NCBI GenBank assembly: GCA_028534125.1
Contig: CM052817.1
Coordinates: forward strand, 8,062,001 to 8,122,000
Direction of reading: 5' to 3'
DNA from: Lama glama
Taxonomy: Eukaryota
DNA length: 60,000 bases
The notes beneath the pieces were generated by a model, which was not told the origin of the DNA, searched no databases, and was given only the letters and a program-made list of their open reading frames with translations. Of this stretch, positions 41,101 through 54,600 are shown in pieces. The position numbers were made by a program, and so were the translations under genes. Position 1 is the first letter of the stretch, and every line of letters begins with the position of its first letter.

Positions 41101-41715
41101 ATTTGGAGATTAAACAACATACTTCTAAATAAGACATGGATCAAAAAAGAAGTCTCAAGAGTTTAAAATACCTTAAGCAAATAAAAATACAATCTATCAA
41201 AACTTGAAGATACAGCAAAAACAGTGCTTAAAGAAAAATGTATAACATCGAACAAATATATCAGAAGAGAAGAAGTATCATTAATCTAAGCTTCTGCTTT
41301 AGGAAACTGAGGAAGAAGAGCAATTTAAACTTAGTGCAAGCAGAAGAAAAACTAATTAGAGCAGAGATCAATGAAACTGAAAAGAGGGAAACAATAGAGA
41401 AAATTAACAAAACCAAAAGCTGGTAAAATTCTAACCAGGTTAGAATTTTAACCAAATTCTTAACCAAAAAAAGAGAGAGAGAGACAAGAGACAGGGAGAG
41501 AGATCGAGACAGTCAAAGACAGAGACAAGAGTCAGACAGAGAGAGAGAGAGAGAAAGAGTAGGCACAAATTAATAGCGGGTCATGACTACTGATTCCATA
41601 GACATTAAAAGGATAGTAAAGGAATAATATGAACAACTCTACAGCCAAAAATTTGATAACACAGATGAAATGAATCAATTCTTTGAAACACACACAAACT
41701 ACCAATTCATACAAG
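38125..41715 (+). mobile_element. Old L1 (L1MC/MD-like): 5' UTR, ORF1 and ORF2 endonuclease, 3'-truncated
   Basis: ORF1 remnants (ataggctcatcagtagactggacaca, tctcatcagaaaccatgcaa), ORF2 start (actttaaatgtgaatggtctaaat), peptide IRAEINETEKRETIEKINKTKSW. Confidence 0.9.
41472..41560. repeat. GA-rich simple repeat expanded inside the L1
   Basis: (GA)n / GACA-interrupted tract. Confidence 0.85.
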
Positions 41716-44262
41716 CAGCCACCGACTCCCAAGGCCTCTACCCACCAGCACACCAATGCCAGACCTCTAAGTACTCACCTCTTTGGGAGACTATAATATA
41801 AGCACCCTAAAAGTCCTGAGTCTCTCACCACATCAGTCAATCCAGACCTCTTGACTCCTTCCAGAAAACTATCAGAAAGTATAACTTCCTCAGAAATGCA
41901 ACACATGTTGGCAACAACTGAAGTCTGAGAAGAATCTACTGGAAACTGCTAGAAATAATTGTCTCTTGGCAGTCTGGTGGCCATCTAAACCCAGCACCAT
42001 GTCTCATGTCGCTGATATCCTCTTTCTCACCAATCTATCCACCATTTGTCCTTCTCCTATGTCTTCATCCCCAAACTGCCCTATGCTTCCTCTTCCTAAT
42101 TTATTCTCCAACTGCTTCTCTTCTTCCCAAATCTTTTTGCCATGACTTGTGGAAATCAGACTTCAAGTTTAATAAATCCTTCTATATCCTCAAATTCTTC
42201 ATTAAAAGTTGCCTCCATTTTCTATGCCTTAATTTCACTTTTTCCCCCTGTAATTCTAAGATGGTACCTCTTCTCCTTATAAACCTCAAGACTTTTAATA
42301 AATTTTACATAATATTATGTAGTATTTTACTTTCATCTATTTCGCTTATCACCAAATCTAATAAGCATGAGTCAGTAAATCAAATGGATACCATTTTCAA
42401 AGGAATAACTGATAGCAGTCTTGAAGGAACACTGTGGCAACACAACCATAACATAAGGTATTTCACAAATTTAATTCTAAAATTTAACAGATACAGTACA
42501 CAGAATTTAACCTTCCCCTAAAATGAAAGGTTCACTATTTCCAAAATGCAGGTATTTTCCCCTGACCTGCACAATAATCTACTTTAGTTTTTAATTACAT
42601 ACAGAAATGAATTAAATCATAAAGACTATATAATAATCATAATAACATATACTTTGCTGTGTAAGTACAACCTGTAAGAAGGAAAACTAATGCGAGAGGT
42701 CTGTAAATACAATCAGTTATAAGTTGGCAAACATCCAACCAAAAAATTCATAGTAAAAGACAGCAGACAGTCTCAAGGAGTGCAACTGTGAGACGTGCTC
42801 TCTCCCCAGTTGTCACACAGGCACCATATCCTTTTGTTGCTGGTTAACAGGGTGGCTCATGTGTGTGGGACACTGGCACAAAACAGTAGTTATGTTCTAC
42901 CTCACAAATGACTACACTTCATTGAGTTTATGCTCAGTAGGGCAGTGTTTGCAAACCACTTAGATTCCAGGACGGAAAGAGCTACAAAAATGAAACATCC
43001 AGTCCTTCTCTGAGGTTTGTTATTAGCCTCTGTTAGCCACAGGTTACAGGGCACTAAACACTATGTACTGTGTGTTTGCTCGTAACCGCTATGAAAAATA
43101 GCCTATAACATCTTTCTGAAGACTCCTAGAAAATTTTAAGTTAATTTAAAATCTGGTAATTTAACTGGGACATACTTCAATTCTTAGAACTAGTTCTTGA
43201 CAAAATACCTCATTAATTCTTTCTTGGATGTCAATTCAATTTTGTTTTAATCAACACTATTCAATACACTATCACTAAAATTTAATGCTACTGGCAGAAA
43301 AAAAAGTGAAGAAAGTCAAATAATCAGTTTTATTTGACTTAAGTTAATTCCAAGCCTACAAATAGGTTTCTTTCTACACGATAAGAAGTGCTTTAAAAAA
43401 GAGATCTATAGCTTAATAGCTCAGATACATATAATTCTTTCTATACACATTATATAAGTTAGAGAACCTAAATAAAAATCCTAAATAATACATTATACTA
43501 ATGTCTTCAAAACAGCTTGTCAAAACATTTCTGAAAGATTTCTATCCTGTAGCAAGTGCACAAAAATCCAAAATATTCATGAGATAGGCAATATACAGCA
43601 TCCACAACTCTAAAAACAGTACAGATCCACTTTGAAGAATAATTATATAATTACATAACATTATTAAATGCTATTAAAGTGCTTATGAAAGCACTGTTTT
43701 TTTTAAAAGTTACGTTTCCCCAGTTTATGGCAGTGAACTTTAGACACAGCTTCTCTGGCCTGCTTAAAAAATTTACATAGAGTTTAACAAAAGAAACTAC
43801 TGGTAGATGTACTGTATTGTATTTTATATATTATTTAATTTAGAATCTTTAGAAAGCAGAAAAAATTTATTATATTATCATTAACGTATGACATCTCATT
43901 TTACCTTCTTAGAATTCCTACTTTCCTGGGACGATCTCATGAAAATGTTCATGAATTTCCTAGAAATACTTTACTACACTGTTTTTTTTAATAAAACAGG
44001 GTATATGCTTTACAGAGATTGTTAAGTATAAACAATGTAAGGCACTGTCAAACGAGAAAAAAAAATGTACCTTCAAAACAGAAATCTTATGTGACATCCT
44101 CTTTCTCCCAAGATATGAAATACATTAGAAAAGAATAGAGACATTTTACTAAACTCAAGTATCCTCAAAAAAAATGGAAATTTTCTAAATTTCTACAAAT
44201 TTGCCCATTAACATCTGCTGACTTTAAGCAGATATGTACTAACATAAAACATACACTGCAAA

Positions 44263-44449
44263 TAGATAAACAAGATTACACTGTATAGCACAGGGAAATA
44301 TACACAAAATGTTATGATAAATCACAGAGAAAAAAATGTGACAATGAGTGTGTATATGTCCATGAATGACTGAAAAATTGTGCTGAACACTGGAATTTGA
44401 CACAACACTGTAAAATGATTATGAATCAATAAAAAATGTAAAAAAAAAA
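44263..44449 (+). mobile_element. Very short (~190 bp) young L1 3' UTR insertion with TSD
   Basis: ATACACTGCAAA at 44251-44262 and 44450-44461. Nearly the reverse complement of the L1 3' UTR at 3590-3775. AATAAA followed by poly(A). Confidence 0.92.
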
Positions 44450-46244
44450 ATACACTGCAAAAAACTGATTTGAAGGACTGGTCACACAACAGTGTGAATG
44501 TACTAAATGCCACTGATTATATACTTTAAAAATGGTTAATTTTATATTATGTGAATTTCATATCAACATTAATTTTATATCATAATTTTGTACTACTAAT
44601 AAACTTTAAATTTATATAAATCAAATAAAATTTTATATGATTTGAAGTAAAATAGAGGCCAATCCATAAGCATTTAGTTCCTCTAATTTTAAGTGAAAAA
44701 AATTTAATTGAATGTCATAGTATTATTTACTCTGAGATGTATAAAAATCTTCCTGTTTGCCACTAACTCTTGATATATTTATAAATCACAAAAAACTATT
44801 CTATTTGACATTCAGAATCAAATATCAGTTAGAAGCTTGACTGATCTAGTCTTCATTTTTTAAAAATCCAATAGGTGTCCATGAAGATAGATTTTAATGG
44901 AGCAAAGAGGAAAGACACTGCTATCTTCAAATCCCATTTTACCAACTAGGTGAATGAAACAAGGACTGTAGCTTCCCACAAGTCTCTGTCCAGCAATTTT
45001 ACTTTAGTTTAATATCTACTTTAAACATAATCAGTTTATAAAACAGAAACAAACAACAATGAAAAAGCTAGCCACAAAAATCTGAGACATTTCTTTTAAG
45101 AGAAAAATGAACAGGCATAAAATATCAAGTCATATGGTCACAAGTGAAAATGTTAAACGAGCAGAAAGATTTTCCAGAAGACAAAGAACAATGTAGAAGA
45201 CAAGGCAAAGAAGGGTTCTAGGAGCCAGATCTATGTATCAATAATGCAAAATATGAAAACACTAAGGCCTTTATACATGATTAAGAACCATGCAAGCTTC
45301 ATCCTTCTCTTAATATTTTAGAAAATAAGTCAAAATCCATTTTCCATGCAAATTAAAGCAGTGGTATTTGTTAAGCATCAAACTTCATAAAGAAGATTGC
45401 TCACTATTCTGTCTTCATCTTCTAGACTCACTTCTTATGAGCAACATTGTTCCACACAACCAAGTTATGATTCTCCACTTAAAACATCAAATTCCAATAA
45501 AGAACTAAATGAGGGTTAGGAATATTATCCCCTCAATACCTCATGATGATGTGAAAGATAACATACTAATTAAAAGTGGAAGAAAAAGCAAAAATAAACA
45601 GTATGTCAATTAATTAATTTTTAAGTATGTTAATTACTATCATGTATATTTTCTACTTGTATAATTTTATTTTAAACCTTATAAATTATGTCTATATAAG
45701 CTCATGTTGCCAAAGAATTTTTGTTACAAAATTATTCAAGTGGTTTTTCTTACACATAGATTTTTCTTCTGAAGAGACACCACAAATGACTATCATGTTA
45801 AAATATTATATGTGCTTCATATATAATTAGCCATATTTAGTTTTCTAATATAATACATTGATATATCTATTAAATCTGAAGAACTATAAATATTTAATAG
45901 ACTAACTCATAGCACAAAAACATATAGACATATAAATATGCTTTTTGTCCTTACAACTTAAAATAAAATTTTCCCCTACTGTATTTTCATTCAGTTTACA
46001 TATTCTGTAAGTAGTCAATACAACCAAATCAGTTAATAAAAATCAAAATATCATTTGTCACTGCATGTATTCAACTGCTGACAATAATATCAGTAATGTA
46101 AGCTGCATATGAAGCTCGTAGAGTCACCCAGTCCCCTGACCTAAGTCATTCCAAACGTGATTTTGGGGGAGGAGGAAAAGGAAAAGATCTGCACAAATAT
46201 AAAATTAGTCTCTCTACGTATCAGATAAAAATCAAGGTAGAAAG

Positions 46245-46247
<3 letters not shown>

Positions 46248-46281
<34 letters not shown>
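46248..46281. repeat. (GT)17 microsatellite
   Basis: Perfect dinucleotide run ~70 nt into intron 3. Confidence 0.97.
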
Positions 46282-46282
<1 letters not shown>

Positions 46283-46353
46283 TATGTGCAACTGCTTCTG
46301 TTTGTGAGGAGGGTGTTTACAGTACTGGAATAATCACAGAATTCATTTCATAC

Positions 46354-46442
46354 CTGTGCTCCATAGATATATTTATCCAACATCTTTCCTCCTATTGTCT
46401 GTCCTCCTATGTCCCAGACTTGAAGGGTAACATTCAAGCTTC
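46354..46442 (-). CDS. RAB28: RAB28 coding exon 3 ([30 protein letters not shown])
   Basis: Acceptor tttatactctag|GA, donor CAG|gtatga. 89 nt. Contains the RAB28-typical G3 box WDIGGQ. Confidence 0.98.
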
Positions 46443-49400
46443 CTAGAGTATAAAAAAAAGAATATAAAAATAAGAATACAAAAAAAGTTAAGGAACATAC
46501 AACAATCAAATACAGTTTCACAGAACATTAAGTCACAATAATACACTCTGAACCTAATTTTCCTTTTATTGTGCACATTCACATGGTCAACTATTTGGAA
46601 TTGTGAGATACTGTTGTCAAAAGAGACCATAGTGGGGAATTTAGTTTACACTTTACCCCATTTCCATGAGACTACATTTATAATCACCTTCAAAACAAAA
46701 GAAAATAAAGAAAGCTTTAATTCACAAACTTCTTAAATGTTAAAAAACATTTTTCCTAAACAGAGAATAGAACAATAAAGTTCTTGTATGTGGAGTAAGA
46801 AGCAATTTAAAACTAAAAAGTGAACTTTATATACTAACCTACCTTTTTGCACATAATGAATTTTGGCTCTAAGGTCTAAACTCAATAGGTTCTAAAACTC
46901 ATAGGTTAATAACAGACTACAAAGATGGTCCCATAGTTTCAACTCAAGTGAATTTTTAAATTTGAATGTTACCTACTATATACAGTAGCAAACATAATTT
47001 TAAAAGTACATGTTTTCAAATTTAACCCATAAAATATAAACATATTTGATAGCCCTCTTCAGAACTGATGTAGGATACATACCCAGTACATCACTAAATA
47101 CTATGATGCATTTAAACCTGTTCAAAGCATTCCACTGAAACAAGTTTTAATGTGTGCTTCAAAGACCTCATAAAATCGTGTAACAAATCTCTTCCCTATA
47201 AAAGCATTCTAAAACACTAAAAGGCAATCTTTAAAATTCTTTTGTCCATTTTACAAAATACTTACTTGATAAAAAAATTTATGAGACAAGTTATTCTCTA
47301 TTATCAAAGCAATTAGTGACAAAACCACAAAATTTAAAGACCAAGTCCAATATGCTTTGTAGTTTAACATTTCAAACTATTTCTCCTAATAAAATTATGC
47401 AGTTTTCTCCAAAGGTAGACAATTAGTACCTTCAAAACGAGTTCCCACACCAAAAACGTCTCTCTGAAAAACATGCAAATCAGGAAAACTCAAAAACTTA
47501 AGACACTAAAAAACTGTTCTCACTTCAAAAACAAACAAAAAAAGGATTATATAGACATGAATTTTCATACTAATGTAAAACACTAAAATTGGAGAATGTT
47601 AGTTACACCATTCACCTTTGCAACTGAAAAGAAAGTATGATACTTACTGGATTAACCAGCCAAGTTTTACCCTTAACTCTAAGTTTTGTTGAGTTTGTAT
47701 TACAATCTTTCCATTACTCGGATGTAGGTCTGTTCCATCTGCCAACGTGCAGAGGATTTACATGAGGAACTTCCATTAACATTAATGAGAGCTACTGAAG
47801 TTTATCACCCGGCATCATTCCGACATACCCACACTTTCAACACTCGCAGAGTAATGACCGAAATGTTCTTAAAGCTCTATGAATACAAAAACCAAAATGT
47901 CACAGACTAAGACTTATCCAACAACTGTGTAAACCCAATTTCTTAAAAATCTAAATTTTTCAATATTCAAAATTCATTCTCCTACAATGCTGTCTCAAAT
48001 TAAATACGTGAAAAAGGACTAGTCATTGCTACAAGTATGTTAAATAATTTCAGAAGCCCCTAGATAAACAGGCAGTATTCTATTCATTCTACTCACTAAA
48101 CTCTCTGCTTACTTGAAAAAACAGTACTTAACAATATTACCTTTTTTAGAGTAAGATTTTAGGCAACACTAAATAAAAGGCATTTAATTCCATTTTCTTC
48201 AAGGCCAAAAACCTTATTACCACTTAACTTCATATCAAGAAATACGAAGCTTTTTTCCTTTAAGTTCTGATATTTAGATCCTATCCTACCTAACTTTAGG
48301 AACATGGTCTTCATTACATGTTTTCAAATTCTGACTACATCATTTCAAGACTCAAATCATTTATTCAACTATCTCCCACCTGAGAAGTTTACATTTATAT
48401 GTAGAGGGTATTTTTAAAAATCTATACCTTTCCATATAAACACTGTTTGCTGCTCTTGGCTTCTTTTTCTTTAATATATATATTCTAGTGCCTCAGATAA
48501 AAATAGCTATGCATTACTAGTAACCCACTGATCTACAATGCTACCTCCAAAAAAGCCCAAACTTTTTCTATCACTACAGCTTCAACAAATGATATTAACA
48601 TCATAGTTATTTTATGTATCTCAAAATATATTTCAACTTCCACATTTGAATTTTAGGCTTATTAACACATAAAAATAAATGGGGATTCTGTATTTGGGAA
48701 AACAAAATAATATACAATTCAAATCAATATTCCTTCTAGTTCTTGCAAGCAAAAATGAAGTCTTCTAGCATATTTTCAAAATGACATGCCTATAAAGCTC
48801 TAAGAATTTTCAACCGATATTGCAAATTCATAAAAAATCGAGAATCCACCTAATATAAATTTGTAACTAATAAAGAATGTTAAGTAGGAAATTGTCAGCA
48901 ACCTAATCCCAAATGCAAAATGCTAGAAAATTCCTGCTCCTCTGTAAGAAGTGACATTTAACTGGGGAAAAAAAATAAATAAATGAGGTGACAAAATACA
49001 GGTAAGTTGCTTTTGGTATAAATCAAAGCCACCAAGAGGATTCAACAGTGACCTTGTAAAAGTACACTTGGTGCCTTGGTTAACCTTACTTAAAGTGCTG
49101 CATAGTCAAGATGGAACTAAAAACACAAGTCTGCCCACTTCTTGTACTAAAGACTTAGAAATCCTTTTCACAGTAGAACGCTGTTTACTGGACTGTACCC
49201 ACAAGCTTCCTGAAAGTATTTTGACTAAGGCTCTTAAGAAGCTCTATCAGCAGAATCTCTGACTAACAGATACACTATTTCAAGCAGTAAAATCTGCACA
49301 GTGGTTGCATCCAGACTACACAGCATACCAGATTGTGAAATACACGAAAATGGATGCGTATTTGCAAAGTAACGACCTTGAAAACTTGCATGAAGAGAAT

Positions 49401-51530
49401 GTCAATAGATGGACAGGAGGAATTACACCTCTAACAAGCTGAATGGACTGAAGACTTACTAGAATACTAATAAGTATTAGATTCCCCTCGTGTGCTGCTA
49501 TACCATGAATTCAATAATGCTGCCTAGAATGTTTTAGCAAATGATACAAACATTAATTGTTTGACACAATGAGTTAAAATTAAGGTTACGGAATATAAAA
49601 GGTATATAATAAACCTTTTAGTTTATTAACCTCATTTTTTTAAGGTACCTATTGATATAAAATCAAATTACACTAAAACAATTTTTTCCTCCTGAAATTT
49701 CTACCATAATTTTGAGTCCATTAAGTAGAATAAGACCAACTGCCTTCTTAAAAAAGGAAATTTTCTTCTGGAACTCTGCCCATAAAAATAAAAACTTAAT
49801 CAGGAAAATTAAAATGTATATTCATTAAGAGTCTACATTTCCCAGTGTCATTTTTTCATGTAAGTACTTTCTAACTCTAAAATATTATAAATTTGGATTT
49901 CAAAAATAAATAGTTTTTACAAAGTCATCAAAATTTAAAAATTGGTAGTATTGTGCAAAAGACAAGAAATTATCATATATATCAGATATATAAAATGTCC
50001 AAAACCAGTCTTAAAATGTTTCTAATGTTTGACTAGGTGCTTACTCCTTTATTTAAGTCTTTGAGCTGAAAAATGAGAAAATTTAAACAATATTAATGAC
50101 ACAGAAAGTTAGTGCTTTTGCTAATTAGTCTCAATACAAAATAGTCGATAATTAAACACATACTGAGGTTCTCTGTGTACAACTGGCATCTCTAAAAACA
50201 CTGCTGCAAAAATAAGTTTTCAGTATGTATATTATGATTTGTACTTCTCCTAGTGACTGCTGTAAATATTCTGAAAGCAGCATTAAACTACCCATAAGAG
50301 TAAGAATAATAAAAATGAGATTTTCACTTTTGAATACATTAAAAGAAATACAAATAAAACAAAATACACGTATCTGTCTCATTAAACCTCTTTCTGAACA
50401 GTAACTTAGTAATGAAAAATTGAAATTCTTTTCTCAAGCTATATCTTCTATTTTATTTTTCCCTGGAAGCCAAATACCAATCACAACAAAATATAAGAGT
50501 ATATTACTAATGAGATAGGCAGAGTAACTTCAAATACCAAGAGTTTTCATTAGCTGCTCCAAAACTTTCAGAGTTGCCTGATAGATAGGATATTTGAGAG
50601 ATCAACATCTTTCAATAATATAAGAATTTTTTAAAAACCCCTTCCCACTATATCACTAACATTCCAATATATGAATCTTATACTACACTTGCAACTGTTT
50701 TTATTCAAATATACTTCCTCAGAGAGGAGAGAGATGGGCTGGTTTATTAAGTCAATCAAGATAAACTGCTTTTAATACTTTTAATAAAATACTTTAAACA
50801 TATAATTTAAGCATCACATGTAAATGGACAGAGCATTTTAAAGCCCCAATTGTTCAGAAACTAACTTAAAACAGAAACCACTCTTTTTTTGTTATTATTT
50901 CCCTGTATTTCCCACAAAATGTGCTGCAACTGGCATCTAAATAGTTTCTTTGCATGGTGAACTGAAACATCTTGAATGCTCAAACTGTATTTTTATGAGT
51001 GCCTGGGGACCCTAAATTTTAGTGGTCTATTAAATGCCAGCAATTTCATGCTGCCTTGCATAAAACAGCATTCACATATTAGAGCACAGAAGTTCCATAG
51101 CTACATTATACTTCTGTTCCAACTTTCTCTCAAACAAAAAACTGAAGCAGAGGCTAATCAAAATAATATTTAAAAAAATAATCCTTTCCAGTCTTTTCAC
51201 ATTTAGTTTATACAATATCTGATGATAACTGTATGGCATTTGAGTTTTTTTTTAACTTTAGAATTTTATAAGCAACTATTGTTTTTCCTCAAAAATGTAT
51301 AGTGGTCAAAAACAGTTGGAGAGTGGGGAGTATATAAACTTTTTCCTCACTCCCAGGGACAGTATGTCTTCATGGCAGATGCTGAAGAAAGTTAACCTCC
51401 CTAAGATAGATTTACTAACTACACATATTTTCACACAGAAACTGCTGCAAAATTTATTTTACACATTACTGTTTATGTCTCTTATTGTCAGATATGTACA
51501 ATTGTCTGTTAAGACATTTTAGTCTCTTAC

Positions 51531-51627
51531 CTGGCAATGTTATCCTTCTCAAAAAGAAATCCAGTCCTATAGTTTGTTTGTACTGTTTCTCAAAAGTTTC
51601 TTGAGCAAAACACGTAGCTAAGGAGGT
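51531..51627 (-). CDS. RAB28: RAB28 coding exon 2 ([33 protein letters not shown])
   Basis: Acceptor ttttttag|ACC, donor CAG|gtaaga. 97 nt. Contains switch I (YKQTIGLDF) and continues the exon 1 frame. Confidence 0.98.
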
Positions 51628-54600
51628 CTAAAAAATTGATGCACAGAATATCAAAGTTAATGTCTTTGTTTTAGATATATAAACATAAAATCACTACCAA
51701 ATCTTATTAAGTAATCTTAATATTTATACTTGTATTAATTCAACAAGCAACTTTAAGCAGTTCTAATCAGTTACAACGGGATGAGGGACTTAGCAATCCA
51801 CCAGGTAAATTTCACTTGCCAACCAGCTATCAGTGGCAGCAACAGACTAATCAGCTAAATCTCTTTAAATCCCCTGATTGTCGAGCTCCTTCTCCTTACT
51901 AGCAATTAGAATTTGAGATTTATCAACAGAGAAAACTAAAACAACGTGATTAAAGATCTGAATCTCATATGTCCACATATACCAGTTCAATATAAATTTC
52001 AGAGAAGTTGCACTTCTGATGTTAAACATTTCTGAGTAGTTTGTGTCCTCAGCCAGTAAGTACTAATTAAGGAGAAGAAAGCCTGTTTATAGAATTTCAT
52101 TTCTTTATTGTCCCCTCAAGAAACGTGTCTAATTTTTCTCTGTATTAAAGATGTTACATAAAAATGATCCTACAGAATGACTAATTTATCTTTTAAATTA
52201 AGAAATTGATATTTTAAGATTAATATTAAGCAGGCAAAAATAAATATATTCCATTCAAAAGAACTATAAAGCTTAAAGTCACAAGAATATTATAACCAGG
52301 ACAGATACATAGCTACATTTTTTTTAATAACAACTAAAGTTGTATTCAAAACTCTGGAGTTTTTTTTAGAGTACCACTTCTTACCAAAGCAAAAGAATAA
52401 TTAATTATTCTAGTAACAACTGAAGTAACTCAGTAACTCAAAAGCGTCTTAAACATTTTAAATGCAATATTTATTTATTTGTAAACTTCTCCAAAAAGAA
52501 GAGAAAGAGAGCTTCATGAAGCTTGTATACTCTTCAAGATAGACTCCCAAAGTTAAGGAAAAATAGCTCCTTTTTTATTTTAAAAGTTAAAATTAGATGT
52601 CAACTCCTAAGATAATGAAAACTAAGATAAAATTTCCATGATAGCTTATTACAGTTAATTATGACATAATTACAATAGTGTAAAACAAAAACTTGGCCAA
52701 ATTTCAATTCCTTTAAACAAAAAAACCTAAAATTGCTTTGACAAAAGAACAATATAAATGGCAATTTATACACGCTAACTCTAATTCTTGTAATGTTTAA
52801 ATTCTCAGCATTTTTAAGAAATTTATAAAATATTTGGTCAAATATTTACTGAGCACCATAAAAAAGATGTTTTGCTAGACTCTGAGAAATAAACTCACTA
52901 TACCAAAATGAAAATTTATCTAGCTTCCTTGATAATACAAAAAACTGAGAGAACAGAAAAAAAAGATAAGCATTCTTTTTTAAAGCCTTTTGTTTTTCAT
53001 TTAGCCTTGTTTATGCCATTAAGCTTACTTAACTAGGAGCACAAAGTCATGTGTGAAGAGGCTCAGCGTTCTAGAGAAAAATAATTAACACTACTTACAC
53101 TACTACAGATATTTCAAAATGTTTAATATATGGGTGGTTAAAACACTTTCATAAGTCAAAGAAAAACTCAAGGCACATGTAACTTCAGTACAATGTTATT
53201 TAAGGTGATTTTTCACTTTCACTTAAGTTTCTCAAAGATCAGTGTTTTTATATTAATGAATATTCAGAAAAATTTTAAGTTTCTTTTCCTGAAAATAGGA
53301 TTTCTAGCTTTTGAAAGACCTACCCTCACACTTTTGAGGCAAATATAAAGCTAGAATTTTCAATTGGAACAGAATACAATCTGTCAAAAGTATAGGTCCT
53401 TGGAAAAAAGAATTTATGAAAATGGATTCTTATATCTCCAGACATCTTACTTAACAAATTAAACAGAGAATCAACTGAATCAGTGAGAAGCATTTCTTCT
53501 TCAATTATCTAGACCCTGTCTTTCAGAGTCAATAATTTCTCACAAGTCATTGCATAATTACCCTTCTTAAACAATTAGGAAGTGAACAACCACCTACCAT
53601 ATCTATAACATTTTTATCTGATTTTTTTAACTTGGTGAACAACTGTTAACCATACTACATCTACAAATACTGAAGACACCATAAAAAAAATATTGTCTCA
53701 AAAAAATCTTAAGAAATATATAATAAAATCCAAAGTATGAATCAAAACAAGAAAGAAATAGAAACACATGTTAATAGGAGGAGGAGCTAAATTTCTCTTA
53801 CAGAAACTGTTAGTGGTCATCTCAATACTCTACTGCTTCTGTCGGGGTGTATAAAATGCCCTGAGTTACAACTAGCAAGAAAAATGATGCGAGAAAAAAA
53901 TGGCCAGGAGTTAAATCAGCACACAAATAAGAAAGAAAAGGACAGTGAAAGAAACATATGGGAATTTTAGTAGCTGCCAAATAATTTGCCAATAATTTGA
54001 GAGCTGAATGGGGTATGGAGAAAAAAAAAAAGCTTGATATATGAATAATGGAAAAAGGTTAGCTTTCTGATGCTGGTAACCAGAAATTTCTTGCAGAAAA
54101 AGCCTTTACAGTTTTAAAACACATAAAGATGACAAAGACTAAATCAGAACTATCAGGTACTATAAAGAGTATCATTGTTATCCTTCAAAGCAGAATAATA
54201 GTCCTAATTCACCAAAACAGAAGGGGAAAAATGTGTTGTCCTACACTAGACACAGTTTTAGACAGAAATGAAAAACCTTAATTATTCACACTAAATTAAC
54301 AACAAGAGGAAAATGTATAACAGGCTAGATGAAAAACTTAAATAGAAAACTATGAACAAATTTCAACTGAGAAATATATACATAATAATGGATGAATAAT
54401 AGGAGAAAAATTAACAAAAATTTAAAGAATTATAATAGAATGTAGGATAATGAACAATTTTTGTGTCTTTTTACAAGTGTATTAGTGTTATAGTCACTGT
54501 AATTTTAAACAGAAAATAAATTACTTATGAGTTGACCATAAAAAGATTTAGGAAATAGAAATTAGAAGGCATTCAAAAGAAAATATGAATGATAAGAAAA

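Noticed and set aside
42006..42521. 171-aa plus-strand ORF
   Set aside because: Leu/Phe/Ser-rich translation of pyrimidine-rich, probably L2-derived sequence with no recognisable domain.
42710..43090. Moderately GC-richer unique-looking patch in intron 3
   Set aside because: Could not assign it. Probably a decayed ancient repeat, with no convincing splice-site pair or ORF.
46390..46420. Non-canonical G3 box WDIGGQ instead of WDTAGQ
   Set aside because: Known, conserved hallmark of RAB28, not novel.
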